DNA of 64,000 bases, from contig OX597814.1 of assembly GCA_951406725.2 (NCBI GenBank), positions 16,740,001 through 16,804,000 of the forward strand, in the 5' to 3' direction. The notes under the pieces were generated by a model. The model was not told the origin of the DNA. It worked only from the letters and a program-made list of their open reading frames with translations, and searched no databases. The DNA comes from Octopus vulgaris. Its lineage: Eukaryota. This document shows positions 1-13,468 of this stretch, piece by piece. Position 1 is the stretch's first letter, and each line of letters starts with the position of its first letter. A program made the position numbers and the translations under genes.

Positions 1-8
1 TATTACTA

Positions 9-49
<41 letters not shown>

Positions 50-51
<2 letters not shown>

Positions 52-480
52 GGTTGTGAACTTGCAGAATCGTTCACACGCCGGGCAAAATGCTTATCGG
101 TACTTCGTCCATCTGCACGATCTGATTTCAAAATCGGCCGCGGTCGACTTTACTTTTCATCCTTTCGGGGTTCATAAATTTAGTACCAGTGAAACACTGG
201 GGTCGATGTAATCGACTAGTCCCCTCCACCCCGATTTCAGGCCTATAGCAGAAAGGATTATTATTATGAAGGTTGTTGAGCTGGCAGCAGCGTCTGTCTG
301 CAGGACAAAGTGTATGGTAGCATTTTGTCCGTCTTCACATTCCGAGTTGAAATCCCGACGGAGTCAAATTTGTTCTTCATCCTTTTGAGATCAATAAAAT
401 AAGAGCCAGTTAAGCACTGGAGTTGATGTGATTGACTTAACCCTCTCACCAAATTTCACGCTTTGTGCCTGTAGCAGAGA
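50..480 (+). mobile_element. Two diverged SINE family A copies after (TTA)n
   Basis: GTCGACTTT..CTTTCATCCTTTCGGGG..GATAAA.TAAGTACCAGT core present twice. Confidence 0.75.
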
Positions 481-1481
481 AAAATTAATATCAGAGAGCA
501 GAATCGCTTGATCGTCGGGGAAATTGGCATTTTACAGTCTAAGTTCCTATGCTACGGAAATCAAATTTTACTTTAATCATTCCGAGGGTCTATAAAATTT
601 CTACTTGGATCGGTATTTAAGTACTTGGATCAGTGTAATCGATTAGCCTCGTCTCTCAAAGCTGCTGGCCTTTTGTCTGATTTTGAGACAAATATTTCTA
701 ATACCGTTGCTGCTGCTGCTACTGCTGCTGATGATGCTAACGATGTTCAGCACTGGATCGATTATCATAAAAATTTATACTTACATTCTTTTGGATTTAA
801 ATTCTATCGAGAACAATTTTATATTCTTCTGCAGCCTATAAAATAAATGCAAGTTAATTACTTGTAGCAATTAAATGGTTTACGAATCCTGTGTGGCCTT
901 GTCTCTGGGTTAGATCTCAGTTGTGTAATAAGGAAAGTATCATTAGTAAATACGAGGGTGATTATTTATGGTAGTTTAACAGGAATTGTGGTGCACCGGA
1001 TGTAATACTTCACGATATTTACATCCGTTTCTGTACACTTTGAGTTCAATTCCACCGGGGTCAACTCAGCTTTTCATCGATGCCAAATTGATAATTATCA
1101 ATCTGACAACGATGAAAGGTAATTGTTTAATTATAATTAAACAATTACCTGTTATGTAGTCGGATCTATTGAGTCATCTTTTAATTTCTCTCGCGTCATC
1201 ATGCTCATCATCATCATGAACATCATCATCAACATCAGCAGCATCAATGCCACCACCTTCACCATTGTCATCATCACAACCATTATCAACGTCATAATCG
1301 GTTCAGTAATTAGTAATTGTCATCATCATTGCCATCAATAGTTGTAATAATTGTAGTAGAACTGATATTAGTTGCTTTAGTAGTGAGTAATTACGATAAG
1401 ACAATGGTAAGCGGTTGAACGAGAGGTCAACGAAATATATTCTAGATTAAGGGCTGTTTAGGACACAGCACCCTAAATATG

Positions 1482-1718
1482 TTTCTTATTTCTTTATTGC
1501 CCAGAAGGGGTTAAACACAAAGAGGACAAACAAGAACAGACAAACGGATTAAGTCGATTATATCGACCCCAGTGCGTAACTGGTACTTATTTACTCGACC
1601 CCAAAAGGATGAAAGGCAAAGTCGACCTCGGCGGAATTTGAACTTAGAACGTAGGGGCAGACGAAATACGGCTACGCATTTCGCCCGGCGTGCTACAGAT
1701 TCTGTCAGCTTGCCGCCT
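1482..1718 (-). mobile_element. SINE family A (GGCGGCGAGCTGGCAGAAACGTTAGC head)
   Basis: Full-length match, B-box GAGTTCAAATTCC-like. Confidence 0.88.
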
Positions 1719-2112
1719 TAGCTCTGCACTGAAACAAACTAAAGAAGGATCTAATGTATTGTCGTCGGAAACGCGAGAAACAGCAGTCAAGTCCCCTGAA
1801 TGTGTATTTCACGGTATACACGGTATACCGTGAAATACGCAGGGAAAAAGAACAACAAGAATTATAATGTCGCTATCCAAATACTGCTGCAAAAATTAGG
1901 AGTAGATAAGCTCAGGTTCAGTTCCACTGCGTGGCACCCTTCAAAAGCTTCGGTTCAACCATACATTTCATTGATGTTAGCTTTTATCCTGATTACATTC
2001 CTATCATCGCGTTTGCCATTCACCCTTCTGAAGAGAATACTCGAGATCTGTCGTATGAAGATTCTCAAGTGAATCACGTTCCTGCGAGTTGATAATATTT
2101 TTTACTCTATAA

Positions 2113-2728
2113 GGCGCCGAGCTGGCAGAAACGTTAGCACGCCGTGCGAAATGCTTAATGGTATTTCGTCTGCCGCTACGTTCTGAGTTCAAATTCCGCC
2201 GAGGTTGACTTTGCCTTTCATCCTTTCGGGGTCGATTAAATAAGTACCAGTTACGCACTGGGTTCGATATAATCGACCTAATCCGTTTGTCTGTCCTTGT
2301 TTATCCCCTCTGTGTTTAGCCCCTTATGGGTATTAAAAAAATAGGTATTTTGTCTGTCTTTACGTTCTGAGTTCAAATTCCGCCGAGGTCGTCTTTGCCT
2401 TTCATCCTTTCGGGGTTGATAAATTAAGTACCAGTTCCGCACTGGGGTCGATGTAATCGACTTAGTACGTTTCTCTGTACTTGTTTGTCCCCTCTGTGTT
2501 TAGCCCATTGTGGATAATAAAGAAAAAAGAAACGTTAGCGCACAGGGGGAAATGCTTAGCGGTATTTCGTCTGTCTTTATGTTCTGAGTTCAAATTCCGC
2601 CGAGGTCGACTTTTCCTTTTGATCCATCCAGGGATCGATAAATTAAGTACCACTTTCGTACTGGGGTCGATCTAATCGACTAGCGCCCTGACCAAATATT
2701 TCGGGCTTTGTGCCTAGAGTAGAAAAAA
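2113..2728 (+). mobile_element. Tandem trimer of SINE family A units
   Basis: Three consecutive GTTCTGAGTTCAAATTCCGCCGAGGT cores at ~2180, ~2364 and ~2581. Confidence 0.88.
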
Positions 2729-3142
2729 ATGTTTCTTTCCTTTATGCTTTGTATAATATCTCATTATGTACAACTCTTCACATACTATGAATTATAATAT
2801 CAACCATTCGCTGAATTTTTTAAATAGCTGTGAATATGTATTTACAATTTAAAAACATATATAATAACATCACATATAAATCTTTGCAATCTCTCATTGC
2901 TTCCCCATCTTAATTATAGACTCGAGCTTTGTGTTTCTACTCGTCAAGATTTGTCATGCTGAACAACCTTACTAGTTGGAGTTTATGATTTCCATCAGTC
3001 TTAACGCTAATCCGGTCCTTATCTATTTTACTCTTGCACAAATATCTTCTCCCTCAACACACACAAACACACAAACTCATTATACATATAGGTATACATC
3101 AGTTTGCGTATGTGTGCGCGTGTGTGAATATATGTGTGTCTG

Positions 3143-3258
<116 letters not shown>

Positions 3259-4153
3259 ACGAGAGAGAGTGCGAGAAAGTGAGAGAGTTATACGAACAAG
3301 ACAGTCTTCTGATATAAAAAATACTATAAATTTCGTATCACGTATTTTTAATTATTTTATTAGCAGTAACTGCCAAGTTCCTCCATTATCTTCACTGACG
3401 GAAATTTAAGTTCTAACCAATGTCATAGCATGAAATACTAACAAGTATTTTCTGCATGAGATTCGAACTCCAAACAGCATATCTTCAAAGTACGCTTCTT
3501 CACTGTACAGCAAAGCCTGCACTGGAAAAATGCAATTTCTGATAATTATATTAGAATTTATGCCAACATAATTGATCAGTGTTGGAAAACCAGGCACAAT
3601 TCCCTTGAAACATTGCGGTGATCCTCAAATATACTCTCAATGTGATATAATATAATTAGCACGAGTAAACAATACTAAAATGTCTGTATTGTTTTATTAT
3701 AGTTTCATTTATTTTATATTTATTTATTTATTTGTTTTCAGTACGACGAGAAGAAAATCGGATATAATCTGTTTTGACATTCAGAATTCTCATCAACAAT
3801 TAAATTTCAGCTTCAGGTAAATGCCAATTATAAGAAATAATGATAATAGGATGAGAAAGATGGGAATTATGGCGAATAGTAGGACAGAGATAGATTAGAG
3901 TGACCATAATTATAATAAGAACGAAAACAATAAAAATGATGTTTTCCAATAGAAACACAAGAGCTGGAATTTGTGGTAAGGAAGCTGTTGGTTGACCCTG
4001 GTAAATAACTGGTACTTACTTCATCGCTTTTATTTATATTTTTTTATGTAAAATTGTAGAATCGTTTGAGCAAGGACAGATAACTTCCCAATATTTTATC
4101 TGACTCTTTACCCTCTTTGTTCAAGACGTGTTTTCCTTTCTTCTTGGGTCAGT

Positions 4154-4542
4154 GTTGAAGCACTCCGTTTGTTCCGACGACGAGGGTTCCGGTTGATCCG
4201 AATCAACGGAACAGCCTGCTCGTGAAATTAACGTGTAAGTGGCTGAGCACTCCACACACACGTGTACCCTTAACGTAGTTCTCGGGGATATTCAGCGTGA
4301 CGCAGAGAGTGACAAGGCCGGTCCTTTGAAATACAGGTACAACAGAAACAGGAAGTAAGAGAGCGAGAGAGAGTTGTGGTGAAAGAGTACAGCAGGGATC
4401 ACCACCATCCCCTGCCGGAGCCTCGTGGAGCTTTTAGGTGTTTTCGCTCAATAAACACTCACAACGCCCGGTCTGGGAATCGAAACCGCGATCCTACGAC
4501 CGCGAGTCCGCTGCCCTAACCACTGGGCCATTGCGCCTCCAC
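4154..4542 (-). mobile_element. SINE family C (tRNA-derived head GGAGGCGCAATGGCCCAGTGG), full length
   Basis: A/B boxes, 11-bp TSD CTTGGGTCAGT, near-identical to other copies in the window. Confidence 0.9.
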
Positions 4543-5763
4543 CTTGGGTCAGTAAAAATGTGTTAACCTTAATCTAGGGCAGTGGATTGGCTAAAGTGTA
4601 AAAAACATCAAACCGGATCCTTTGCAGTATTTGTTCCACTTCTTTGCTAATTGTTCGTTGGGGTACCGCAGCGCTAGACTTAATTTGTTGCTCCGTTTGA
4701 AGTCTTCATCTGACTGGTAACTTGCCATTGATGAAGCTCACTCTTTTGCAAGAATTCGAACTGGGTCTGTGGTTTGAAAATATCTCCCCTCCCACCAGTT
4801 TCAGAGTCCATGGAAAGGAAGATATGCACTGAGGTTAATTGGCAAAAAAAAAAAAATGCTGAAACTTTGAAACTATAATATCAGTCTCTGCTTTGAGATT
4901 CGAACTCAAAACGTAAAAAGGATGCAATTTGATATTACAGAGGTCGGCTTTTGCGCAGTGACCCAGTCAGGAAACAGGATTTAGAAGCTGTCAGTTTGTT
5001 TTCATGGAAATAAATGTTTATGTTAAGTTGAAAATTTATCCAAAAAATCTTATTTAGCTATTATTTTTAGCACAACCCTTGTCTCCGGTAATTTTCTTTC
5101 ATGTAAATAAATGTATATGTTAATTTAAAAGATTTTCCAAATTCGTTGTATGTACATAGTTTTTTGTATGAAGGGTCTTCCATACTATTCTTTTTCTGTA
5201 TCATCGTATATTGGCATTAGAGAATTTTTTTGACTGTGATTAAATTGACTAGGAACACTGTACGCGATGAATATCCAATACCAAACAATCTTCATCTCAA
5301 TATCTAAGCTGCATTAAACTTTGGCAAGCTTACCTTTACCTATTCTGAATTACTTGAAAGGTGATCTTCCATTTCCTCTCTTCTATTTGTTATACCTTTT
5401 TTTACCTACCAATGAGTTGTTTCACTTTAAGGATGTTTATTTACCTATCCATTGTGATATTTCGTGTGTTGTCCATTGTTTCAAATACATTTTAGCATTG
5501 AGGTTCTAGCCTGTTTTTAAAACGATCACATATGATTCGTCTTAAAGAATCAATCTTTAAATAGGTGTTTTGCTATCCCTGACGAAAGCTATACGTATCT
5601 TTCAGAAAGCGTCATACCAATTTCAATTTATGCGGCATTCGCTGTTACTTTGTGTGCAGGCTGTGTGGAAAGACAGAATAAAGGGGCTTTTGTTAGCTTA
5701 TAACAGAATCGATAATCACTTAGTACAGTAAAATATATTTTCCTTTTACAGATAATACAAGCA

Positions 5764-6260
5764 TGGCACCTAAAAAAGTAATCTGCAGCGACAAGGCATC
5801 AGCGCTGACTGGCTAAGGAAAGCTGCAGCTACTCCAGAGCAGCGTGAAACCTATCGAGAGCGTGCTGCTGACGCAAGGGCCGCAGCAACCCCACAAAATA
5901 GTGCTATCCGTCGGGCACGCAACTCTGCATCCCTTCTGCTACGAGGGACAAAGAATCCCCAGAGGAGAGTGCTATCCGTCGGGCACGCAACGCTGCATCC
6001 ACTTCTGCTGTGAGGTTGGCAGATGACGATAACCATCGGATGATGAGACGTTGATCTAATGTTCACCGGAAGGCTCTTGCCCATGGCTACTGGAAGCCAT
6101 CGAGTGGTCGATGGGCATCAAAGGCACTCAACTATGATACTGCCGAGGATTACGCCACTCATCGAGAGACTGTTACAGGAGATATGTCTGTAATATATCC
6201 ATTTTGCAAGGCCCTCAAGTGGGTTGGAGAATCCAGTGGCCCATGCTGCTCAACCGAAAG
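5764..6260 (+). pseudogene. Helitron Rep-helicase N-terminal fragment (decayed)
   Basis: MAPKK start downstream of a tttccttttacag acceptor, a tandem repeat region, then GDMSVIYPFCKALKWVGESSGPCCS matching the CxxCxALxWxxExxxxCC zinc motif of animal Helitrons. Confidence 0.6.
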
Positions 6261-6488
6261 GCATAATGCCTCTAACAAGATATTAAGCCGCATCAGGCAG
6301 TGCGACTGAAGCTCAAGAATTCAGCATTTTGGAGTATACATTATTTACATATTACGGATATTTATCCTCATCTTGTTTGTTGTTAACACAACGTTTCGGC
6401 TGATATATCCTCCAGCCTTCATTAGGTATCTTGGGGGAAATTTTGAATCTGGTTTCTCCTTCCTAAGGTATTTTTCGATGTTGTTGTT

Positions 6489-6519
<31 letters not shown>

Positions 6520-6923
6520 TTATTATCATTATTATTATTCAGAGCACTGCCTGAGATCGAACTCGGAATCTTGGGGTTAGTAACCCGCGCTCTTAACCAC
6601 TACGCCACAGGCATATGGCGTAGTGGTTAAGTGCGCGCGGGTTACTAACCCCAAGATTCCGAGTTCGATTCCAGGCAGTGACCTGAATAATAATAATAAC
6701 AACGTCGAATAATACCTTAGGAATGAGAAACCAGGTTCGAAATTTCCCCAAGACACCTAATGAAGGCTGGAGTGTATATCAGCTGAAACGTTGTTTTAAC
6801 AACAAACAAGATGAGGACAAATATCCGTCATATGTAAATAATGTATACTCCAAAATGCTGAATTCTTGAGCTTCAGTTGCTCTGCCTGATGCAGCTTAAT
6901 ATCTTGATAGAGGCATTATGCCT
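6259..6923. mobile_element. 665-bp palindrome of two head-to-head copies of a tRNA-headed SINE with a hammerhead-like tail
   Basis: Arms 6259-6607 and 6616-6923 are reverse complements. Each has an A-box (TGGCGTAGTGG), a B-box (GAGTTCGATTCC in the right arm), a (TAA)n tract and an HHR-like motif. Confidence 0.85.
6753..6796 (+). ncRNA. Degenerate minimal hammerhead (G5>A); mirror copy at 6386-6429 on the minus strand
   Basis: Two-copy consensus ACAC-CTAATGA-aGGCTG [10 nt] CAGCC-GAAAC GT T-GTGT. Both copies read CTAATGA instead of CTGATGA. Confidence 0.65.
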
Positions 6924-7060
6924 GGATTAAGAAATGCAGAAAAGTGAACTGACTTTGATCATATTTCAGCTGTTTCAAAACTAATCAATGGCTAAAAACC
7001 TAAACCAACCTAATGTACAAGCCAACAAGTTTTGTATGCTAGCAACCAAACTTTTCTTAA

Positions 7061-7282
7061 CCATTTTGTTACCATATTTATTTTGAGATGCTTTGTGTTT
7101 CTGTCAATTAATTTTAAATATAACAAAGAATTTAGTAAAATAACTTAGTTATCATTAAGCTTGTGTTAGGAACATAAATTGTGACTAAGGTTTGGTGGAA
7201 GATTTTCATTCAGAACATATGAAAACAAGACATTTGTACTACAGAACCAGAGGCGGTTTCAGGCGGGTTGGTATTGAAAGGG
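7061..7282. mobile_element. piggyBac-type MITE
   Basis: TTAA on both sides; imperfect termini CCATTTTGTTACCA...TGGTATTGAAAGGG. Confidence 0.55.
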
Positions 7283-8559
7283 TTAAACGAACTCCTGCCC
7301 TCTTTAGAAGTGGAAAAACACTTAAGGTAGTGCAATGCGGAAAATACCAAGACATTTAAATGTGAGGATTCTAATGGCCGCAATGGATTTGACCATAGGT
7401 ATTACACGATCAAAATGGATCTAAAGTTAAACACTCACAATAATGTAGCGTACTGTTATGATCAAAGATGTGCAAAGGTCAGTGGATTAATCGCGTGTTT
7501 AGAGCGTCGGAAAAATAATTTGTGCTATTTCTTTTAGCTTTTCACATTCTTATTTCTAGTGTCATCAAGGTCAAATTTATATTTTATATTTTCGGATTCA
7601 ATAAAATAAAGTACCAGTCGTGTATTGAGAAACAATTTAATCAACTAAACCTTCACTCGGAATATCTGGCTTTGTGCTTATATAAAACAAAATATTTCAA
7701 ATGATAAAAATAATAAAATAAAAATGAATATAACAGTGCATTGTCCTTTTAATGACTACACTATCTCTATCCGGAATGCATTTGTAATAAATATTCAATA
7801 ATAATAAAACAAATTCCATTGAAAAAGGAGAGGTGTGAGGAAGAAGAGAAGGAGGAACAAAACACTTGAGAGAAATTAAGGTGTTGATGATACACACATT
7901 AATTAATTATAAGGTTGTAAACATAAACCGCAACACATACACAGCAATAAAGGAAACCACAATAATAATAACAACAAGAATAATTAGCAATTATGGGAAT
8001 ATAAAAAGAGAAAAGGCAATAGGATATGCTAATTTTATTTTGCATGTTTTATTATTGCATTACATTTTTATTTTCTATATTTCTTAGCCTTTCTTTATTT
8101 TTTGGGCCTCAAGGTGACAAAGAAACAAGCTGTTCCAGAGTTATTTGCAACTGTCGAACACAAGTGCTGTTACTGAACACGTGACAGAACATGCATCCAG
8201 CGGGAAATACATCATCTGTGTGACAGGCAAAGATTGTTCAGCATTATTATGGCTAAAGCCGCAGACAGATTCACGTGTGCGCTCTTGAAGAGACACGCTG
8301 AAACTATGCAATTATTGATGATTGTAGCAATTAAATGATATTGACGATGATGATGATGATGATGATAACTACGTCGATGCCGGCTACGACGAAGACGACG
8401 ACGACGATGATGATGATGATCATGATCATCATCATCATCATCATCATTATCATCTTCATCGTCATCATGGTGAAGGATGTCGAGGGACTTGATGGATATT
8501 ATATATCGTTTATCAACATAATAACTATGGTTCCCAACATAAGAATAACGTCACAAATG

Positions 8560-8808
8560 CACCCGGCGTGCTAACGTTTCTTATTTCATTATTGCCCACA
8601 AGGGGCTAAACATAGAGGGGACAACCAAGGACAAACGGATTAAGTCGATTACATCGACCGCAGTGCGTAATGGTACTTGATTTATCGACCCCGAAAGGAT
8701 GAAAGGCAAAGTCGACCTCGGCGGAATTTGAACTCAGAACGTAACGGCAGACGAAATTCCGCTAAGCATTTCGCCCGGCGTGCTAACGTTTCTGCCAGCT
8801 CGCCGCCT
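8560..8808 (-). mobile_element. SINE family A
   Basis: Full-length match. Confidence 0.9.
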
Positions 8809-8982
8809 TAAAGGAAGCTAAATAACTACATCTCATGTGACATATACATATATACAGATGTACTATTTCGAAACTTGAAAAAAGGAAGCTAAATAATGCA
8901 AAGCATCTTATCTTACCTTCAATTAGGATTTCTATCAAAACTAATAGTTCTCACTGTGAGGTAGACTAACACAGTGCTGAGT

Positions 8983-9363
8983 GAAGCACTCCGTCGGTTA
9001 CGACGACGAGGGTTCCGGTTGAACCGAATCAACAGAACAGCCTACTCGTGAAATTAACGTGTAAGTGGCTGAGCACTCCACAGACACGTGTACCTTTACC
9101 GTAGTTCTCGGGGATATTCAGCGTGACACAGAGAGTGACAAGGCCGGCCCTTTGAAATACAGGTACAACAGAAACAGGAAGTAAGAGTGAGAGAAAGTTG
9201 TGGTGAAAGAATACAGCAGGGATCACCACCATCCCTGCCGGAGCCTCGTGGAGCTTTAGGTGTTTTCGCTCAATAAACACTCACAACGCCCGGTCTGGGA
9301 ATCGAAACCGCGATCCTATGACCGCGAGTCCGCTGCCCTAACCACTGGGCCATTGCGCCTCCA
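8983..9363 (-). mobile_element. SINE family C, full length
   Basis: TSD CACAGTGCTKAGT with one mismatch. Confidence 0.9.
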
Positions 9364-9663
9364 CAGTGCTTAGTAAACTGACTTTAATACTCGACTGATA
9401 TTTTCTTTTATCAATCCTGAAAGGATGAGTTATAATTCTCTCCAGTATATAGTAAGAGGTGCGAAAAAAAAAAGTGGCAAAGTCATTTTCCGACTAACCA
9501 TCGCATTTAAGATGAAAATAGTGAGTCTTTCTTCTTGAAATATTGGAGAAGGCGATGTTTTCAAAGTCAGTACTGAACGAATAGTTAGTTTCATCGATAT
9601 CAGAAGCACAAGTGACAAAAATCTAGTTCAACAGATTCTGAAGTAAGAGAGTAAGAAGTACTC

Positions 9664-9862
9664 AAGGCACAAGGCCTGAAATTTTGGGGGAGAGAGCCAG
9701 TCGATTAGATCGACCCTAGTACGCAACTGGTACTTAATTTATTGACCCCGAAAGGATGAAAGGCAAAGTCGACCTCGGCGGAATTTGAACTCAGAACGTA
9801 ACGGCAAACGAAACACCGCTAAGCATTTCACCCGGCGTACTGACGTTTCTTATTTCATTATT
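9664..9862 (-). mobile_element. SINE family A (alternative tail)
   Basis: Core match. Confidence 0.85.
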
Positions 9863-10009
9863 GAAATAAGGAGAATGTTGAAGGTAGAAACAAAGTTTTG
9901 TCAAACTGAAGTTAAACAATCAGAGGTACGCTAAGCAGTGATGAATGAATCATAGGTGTCTTCAATCGCATTTGACACGCTCGCATACACCACCTCATAG
10001 AAAAACGTA

Positions 10010-10172
10010 CACAGGAGTGGCTGTGTGGTAAGTAGCTTGCTAACCAACCACATGGTTCCGGGTTCAGTCCCACTGCATGGCATCTTGGGTAAGTGTCTTC
10101 TGCTATAGCCCCGGGCCGACCAATACCTTGTGAGTGGATTTGGTAGACGGAAACTGAAAGAAGCCCGTCGTA

Positions 10173-10219
<47 letters not shown>

Positions 10220-10425
10220 TTGTGTGTCTGTGTTTGCCCCCTAGCATTGCTTCACAACCGATGCTGGTGTGTGTTTACGTCCCCGTCACTTAGCGGTTCG
10301 GCAAAAGAGACCGATAGAATAAATACTGGGCTTACAAAGAATAAGTCCCGGGGTCGATTTGCTCGACTAAAGGCGGTGCTCCAGCATGGCCGCAGTCAAA
10401 TGACTGAAACAAGTAAAAGAGTAGA
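10010..10425 (+). mobile_element. SINE family B (GGCGCAGGAGTGGCTGTGTGG head, internal (TA)n(TG)n, GTAAAAGA tail)
   Basis: A/B boxes; multiple similar copies in the window. Confidence 0.9.
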
Positions 10426-11213
10426 AATTATCACGATTGAAAAATTCTCGTTATAGAAAATATGGAAAAAATTAAAACACACCATTGGGCTATGAATGAC
10501 GTTATCGGACCGTATGAGACTGCTTCGTGCGCCTCCGTTTTAGAAACAACTATTTTAACATTGATAAAAATTCTAAAATCATAAATATAAACATACACAT
10601 ACACACGAACAGACAATCGGGCGGAAGGACACATACACACACACACACACACACACAAACGATGTTTCCTGTGAATTTGCACTAGAGCATTTATGAGATT
10701 ATGACCCTAATTTTTGAACAGTTAATTGCCCTCATATAACATTTTTTGCACTATATTCATCAAACAAAATGCATCTCCCGAACTATTGTGTATGAGTCTG
10801 AAGAAATTGGAACTGAGAGACCTATGATCAACTTGCAGAAAAGTGCCTGTATTCTGAAATGATGTTATGAAATATTCACGAAATTTGAAGAAACTTATAT
10901 ATATATATATATAAGTGAAGGCAAAGGCACGTGGCTTAGTACTTAGGGTATTTGGCTCAAGGTCGTAAGGTAGTGAGTGCGATACCATACGTTACACTGT
11001 ATCTTTCTGCAAGAAACATTATTTTACGTTGCTCCAATATACTCAGCTGGCAAAAGTTAGTAGCATCTGCATTTCAAAGGGCCAGCATTATCACATTCTG
11101 AGAACTACGTTAAAAGGAGACGTGTGCGTGGATTGTTCAGCCACTTGCGTGTTAATTTCGCGAGCAGGCTGGATCAACTGGACCCCTCGTTTTCGGAACC
11201 CGAAGTAGTGCCA

Positions 11214-11248
<35 letters not shown>

Positions 11249-11299
11249 TTGGCATCATTTTTGTCTCGGGAGACAATGGAGTTGCGCATAAAGTAGTCT

Positions 11300-11586
11300 T
11301 GTCCGGCTTTTACATTTCATGTCCTGATACATTTCCTGCTGTGGCTGTGTAGTCCTATCCTGGACAAACACTCCCTCTGGCAGGTACCGCAAATGTAGCG
11401 AAGACTATTCCTGGCTGGTTGTAATGCCATAGTTTCTTGTTGACGTCTTTTCTTGTCTTTCCATTTCTCCTCTCTCTCTCTCTCTGTCACTCCTTTGTAT
11501 TCCCTCTCCCACGGTACGTCGCCAGTCTCCACGGTTGCCGGCAACTGCCTCCCAACCGCTAATATTGATGTTGCAGGCCTTCATGT

Positions 11587-11589
<3 letters not shown>
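11300..11589 (-). mobile_element. RTE-clade LINE 3' fragment
   Basis: DMKACNINISGWEAVAGNRGDWRRTVGEG and YICGTCQRECLSRIGLHSHSRKC, the typical RTE C-terminus. Confidence 0.8.
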
Positions 11590-11625
<36 letters not shown>

Positions 11626-12128
11626 ACAATGGAACAAAAACGCAATAGAGGGCATTAAAACGTTCGGACAGATAGACGATACAAAGGCGGACAAGAGAAA
11701 CAACAATTAGAAGGACAGGCAAGAAAAGATGAGTCATTCTTGGCTTTCTTTCATCAGTCGAGTACCAGAAGATAAGTTGAAAAAGAACAGTTCAAACATT
11801 TTGGGGCAACCAAAAACAGAGAAAAAATTATATCTAATAAGGATTCGTCATATTAATGAAAATCAGACGAAACAAGTAATAATAATATGAAAATGATATT
11901 TGAGGAGATTCGTTATAGGTACAAGAATATACTATAAACAAGTATGAAAAAATGGGGAGAAGATTTTGAAACAGTAATAAATTTATTATAAAACTGGATT
12001 CAATGCATATATATAGGAAACCAGCTATATGAGGCTTTGATCATTTGATCTACGGGAAGTAGATTTGATGTGTGTGTGTGTATGTGTGTGTGTGTGTGTA
12101 TGTGTGTGTATGTGTGTGTATGTATGTG

Positions 12129-12181
<53 letters not shown>

Positions 12182-13468
12182 CTAAACCTAGAAAACTTCA
12201 CGAACTGTTTTCGAGACTTTCGCATGATCTTTCGTCATACAGCCATGATAATTCAGAACAATGAAGTTATATAAATTGTGCGTATATTTATATATATTTA
12301 TATATAATTCTGGTTCAATGAATAAGCGTTTAAGTCTGATTAGGTAACTAATTTAAAAGAAAAATAACGGTGTAAAATTGGCTGCTAGTGGGTTTCACAG
12401 TAGAGAAATGATTATAAACAATCGTAAAACTCTTTGTAAGAGTGGGTGACAAAATATTCAGAGTAAAATAGACAATGCCAAGAAATGGTAATTGTAAATA
12501 ATTATAAGGAATATAATAGAAGTATGCAAAACAGACGAGGGAGATGAATTTGAAATTAAAATTAAATTGGAAATTCAAAAGTTGTAGTTGAAATTTAAAT
12601 ACGTAAACAAATAATAAAACACTAACATTAAAAGAAATATTGGAATGAAAGAAAGGAAAAGAAAATACAGAGAAAGAAAGTAAATACGAAAAGAGAAATT
12701 AAAGTAGAGAAAGACAAAGAGAAAACAAAAAAGAAATAACGAGAAAATTACTATAAAATTAATAACGTAAAGGGAGAGGTCAAGAGACCACTTAACGCTA
12801 CATATACCTTAAATGTGATGTGATATATCTAAAGAAGCTTTCGGTAGAGTGGTGGTAGTGGGGTTGATGGTTTGATGATAAAGTGAGCCAAAACCGAGGG
12901 CCAGAAAGTGATAGAGTATAAAGGTAAAGAAAGACAAATAAAATAAAGCCCGATTACACGGGCACAATAAATGGTATGAACATAAATATCTATAACACAT
13001 TAAAAGTCAGTGTGAATCTTGCTTGCAATGTTACTCAGCCAAACTGGAGTATAATGAGAAAATACAAACAGAATGAAAATAAACAGATCAACGTACAGAT
13101 GGATATGTACATAGGTTATAAGAACGGACAAGCACACATAACGCAAATGGAGACTGAAACACATGATCATATATACACACACACTTTACTCCACACAAGG
13201 ACACATATGGAGACACGTGTCCACACATATGGAGATGCACATCCATACATACAAACACGGTACATAGTTTCAAAACACACACACACACACACTCAGACAT
13301 GCACACACAAGGAGGCAGAGGTGCATACATATACAAATGCACGCACGCACACACACATAAAAACACACAAACACGGAGACGTAAACACATGAATACGCAG
13401 AATGCATACGTACAGAGGCACACACATACATTCATATATACATATGCAGGCACGTACATATATATATA

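Noticed and set aside
5575-5620. CTGACGA...GAAA hammerhead candidate
   Set aside because: No convincing helix I or helix III and no repeat context; likely chance.
6616-6685. Functional tRNA gene (also the heads of SINE families A, B and C)
   Set aside because: A and B boxes are present but I could not form a proper acceptor stem, and the heads run into repeat bodies, so they are tRNA-derived SINE heads.
6757-6763. Idea that A-to-I editing could rescue G>A-mutated ribozyme cores (also 56260)
   Set aside because: Ordinary mutational decay explains G>A more simply, and nothing in the sequence supports editing at these positions.
11735-12245. Minus-strand CTGATGA (11750-11756) and TGACGA...TCTCGAAAACAG (~12205-12243) remnants; similar CTGAGGA at 62116
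   Set aside because: GAAA or helix III is missing in each case; cannot be supported without a family consensus.
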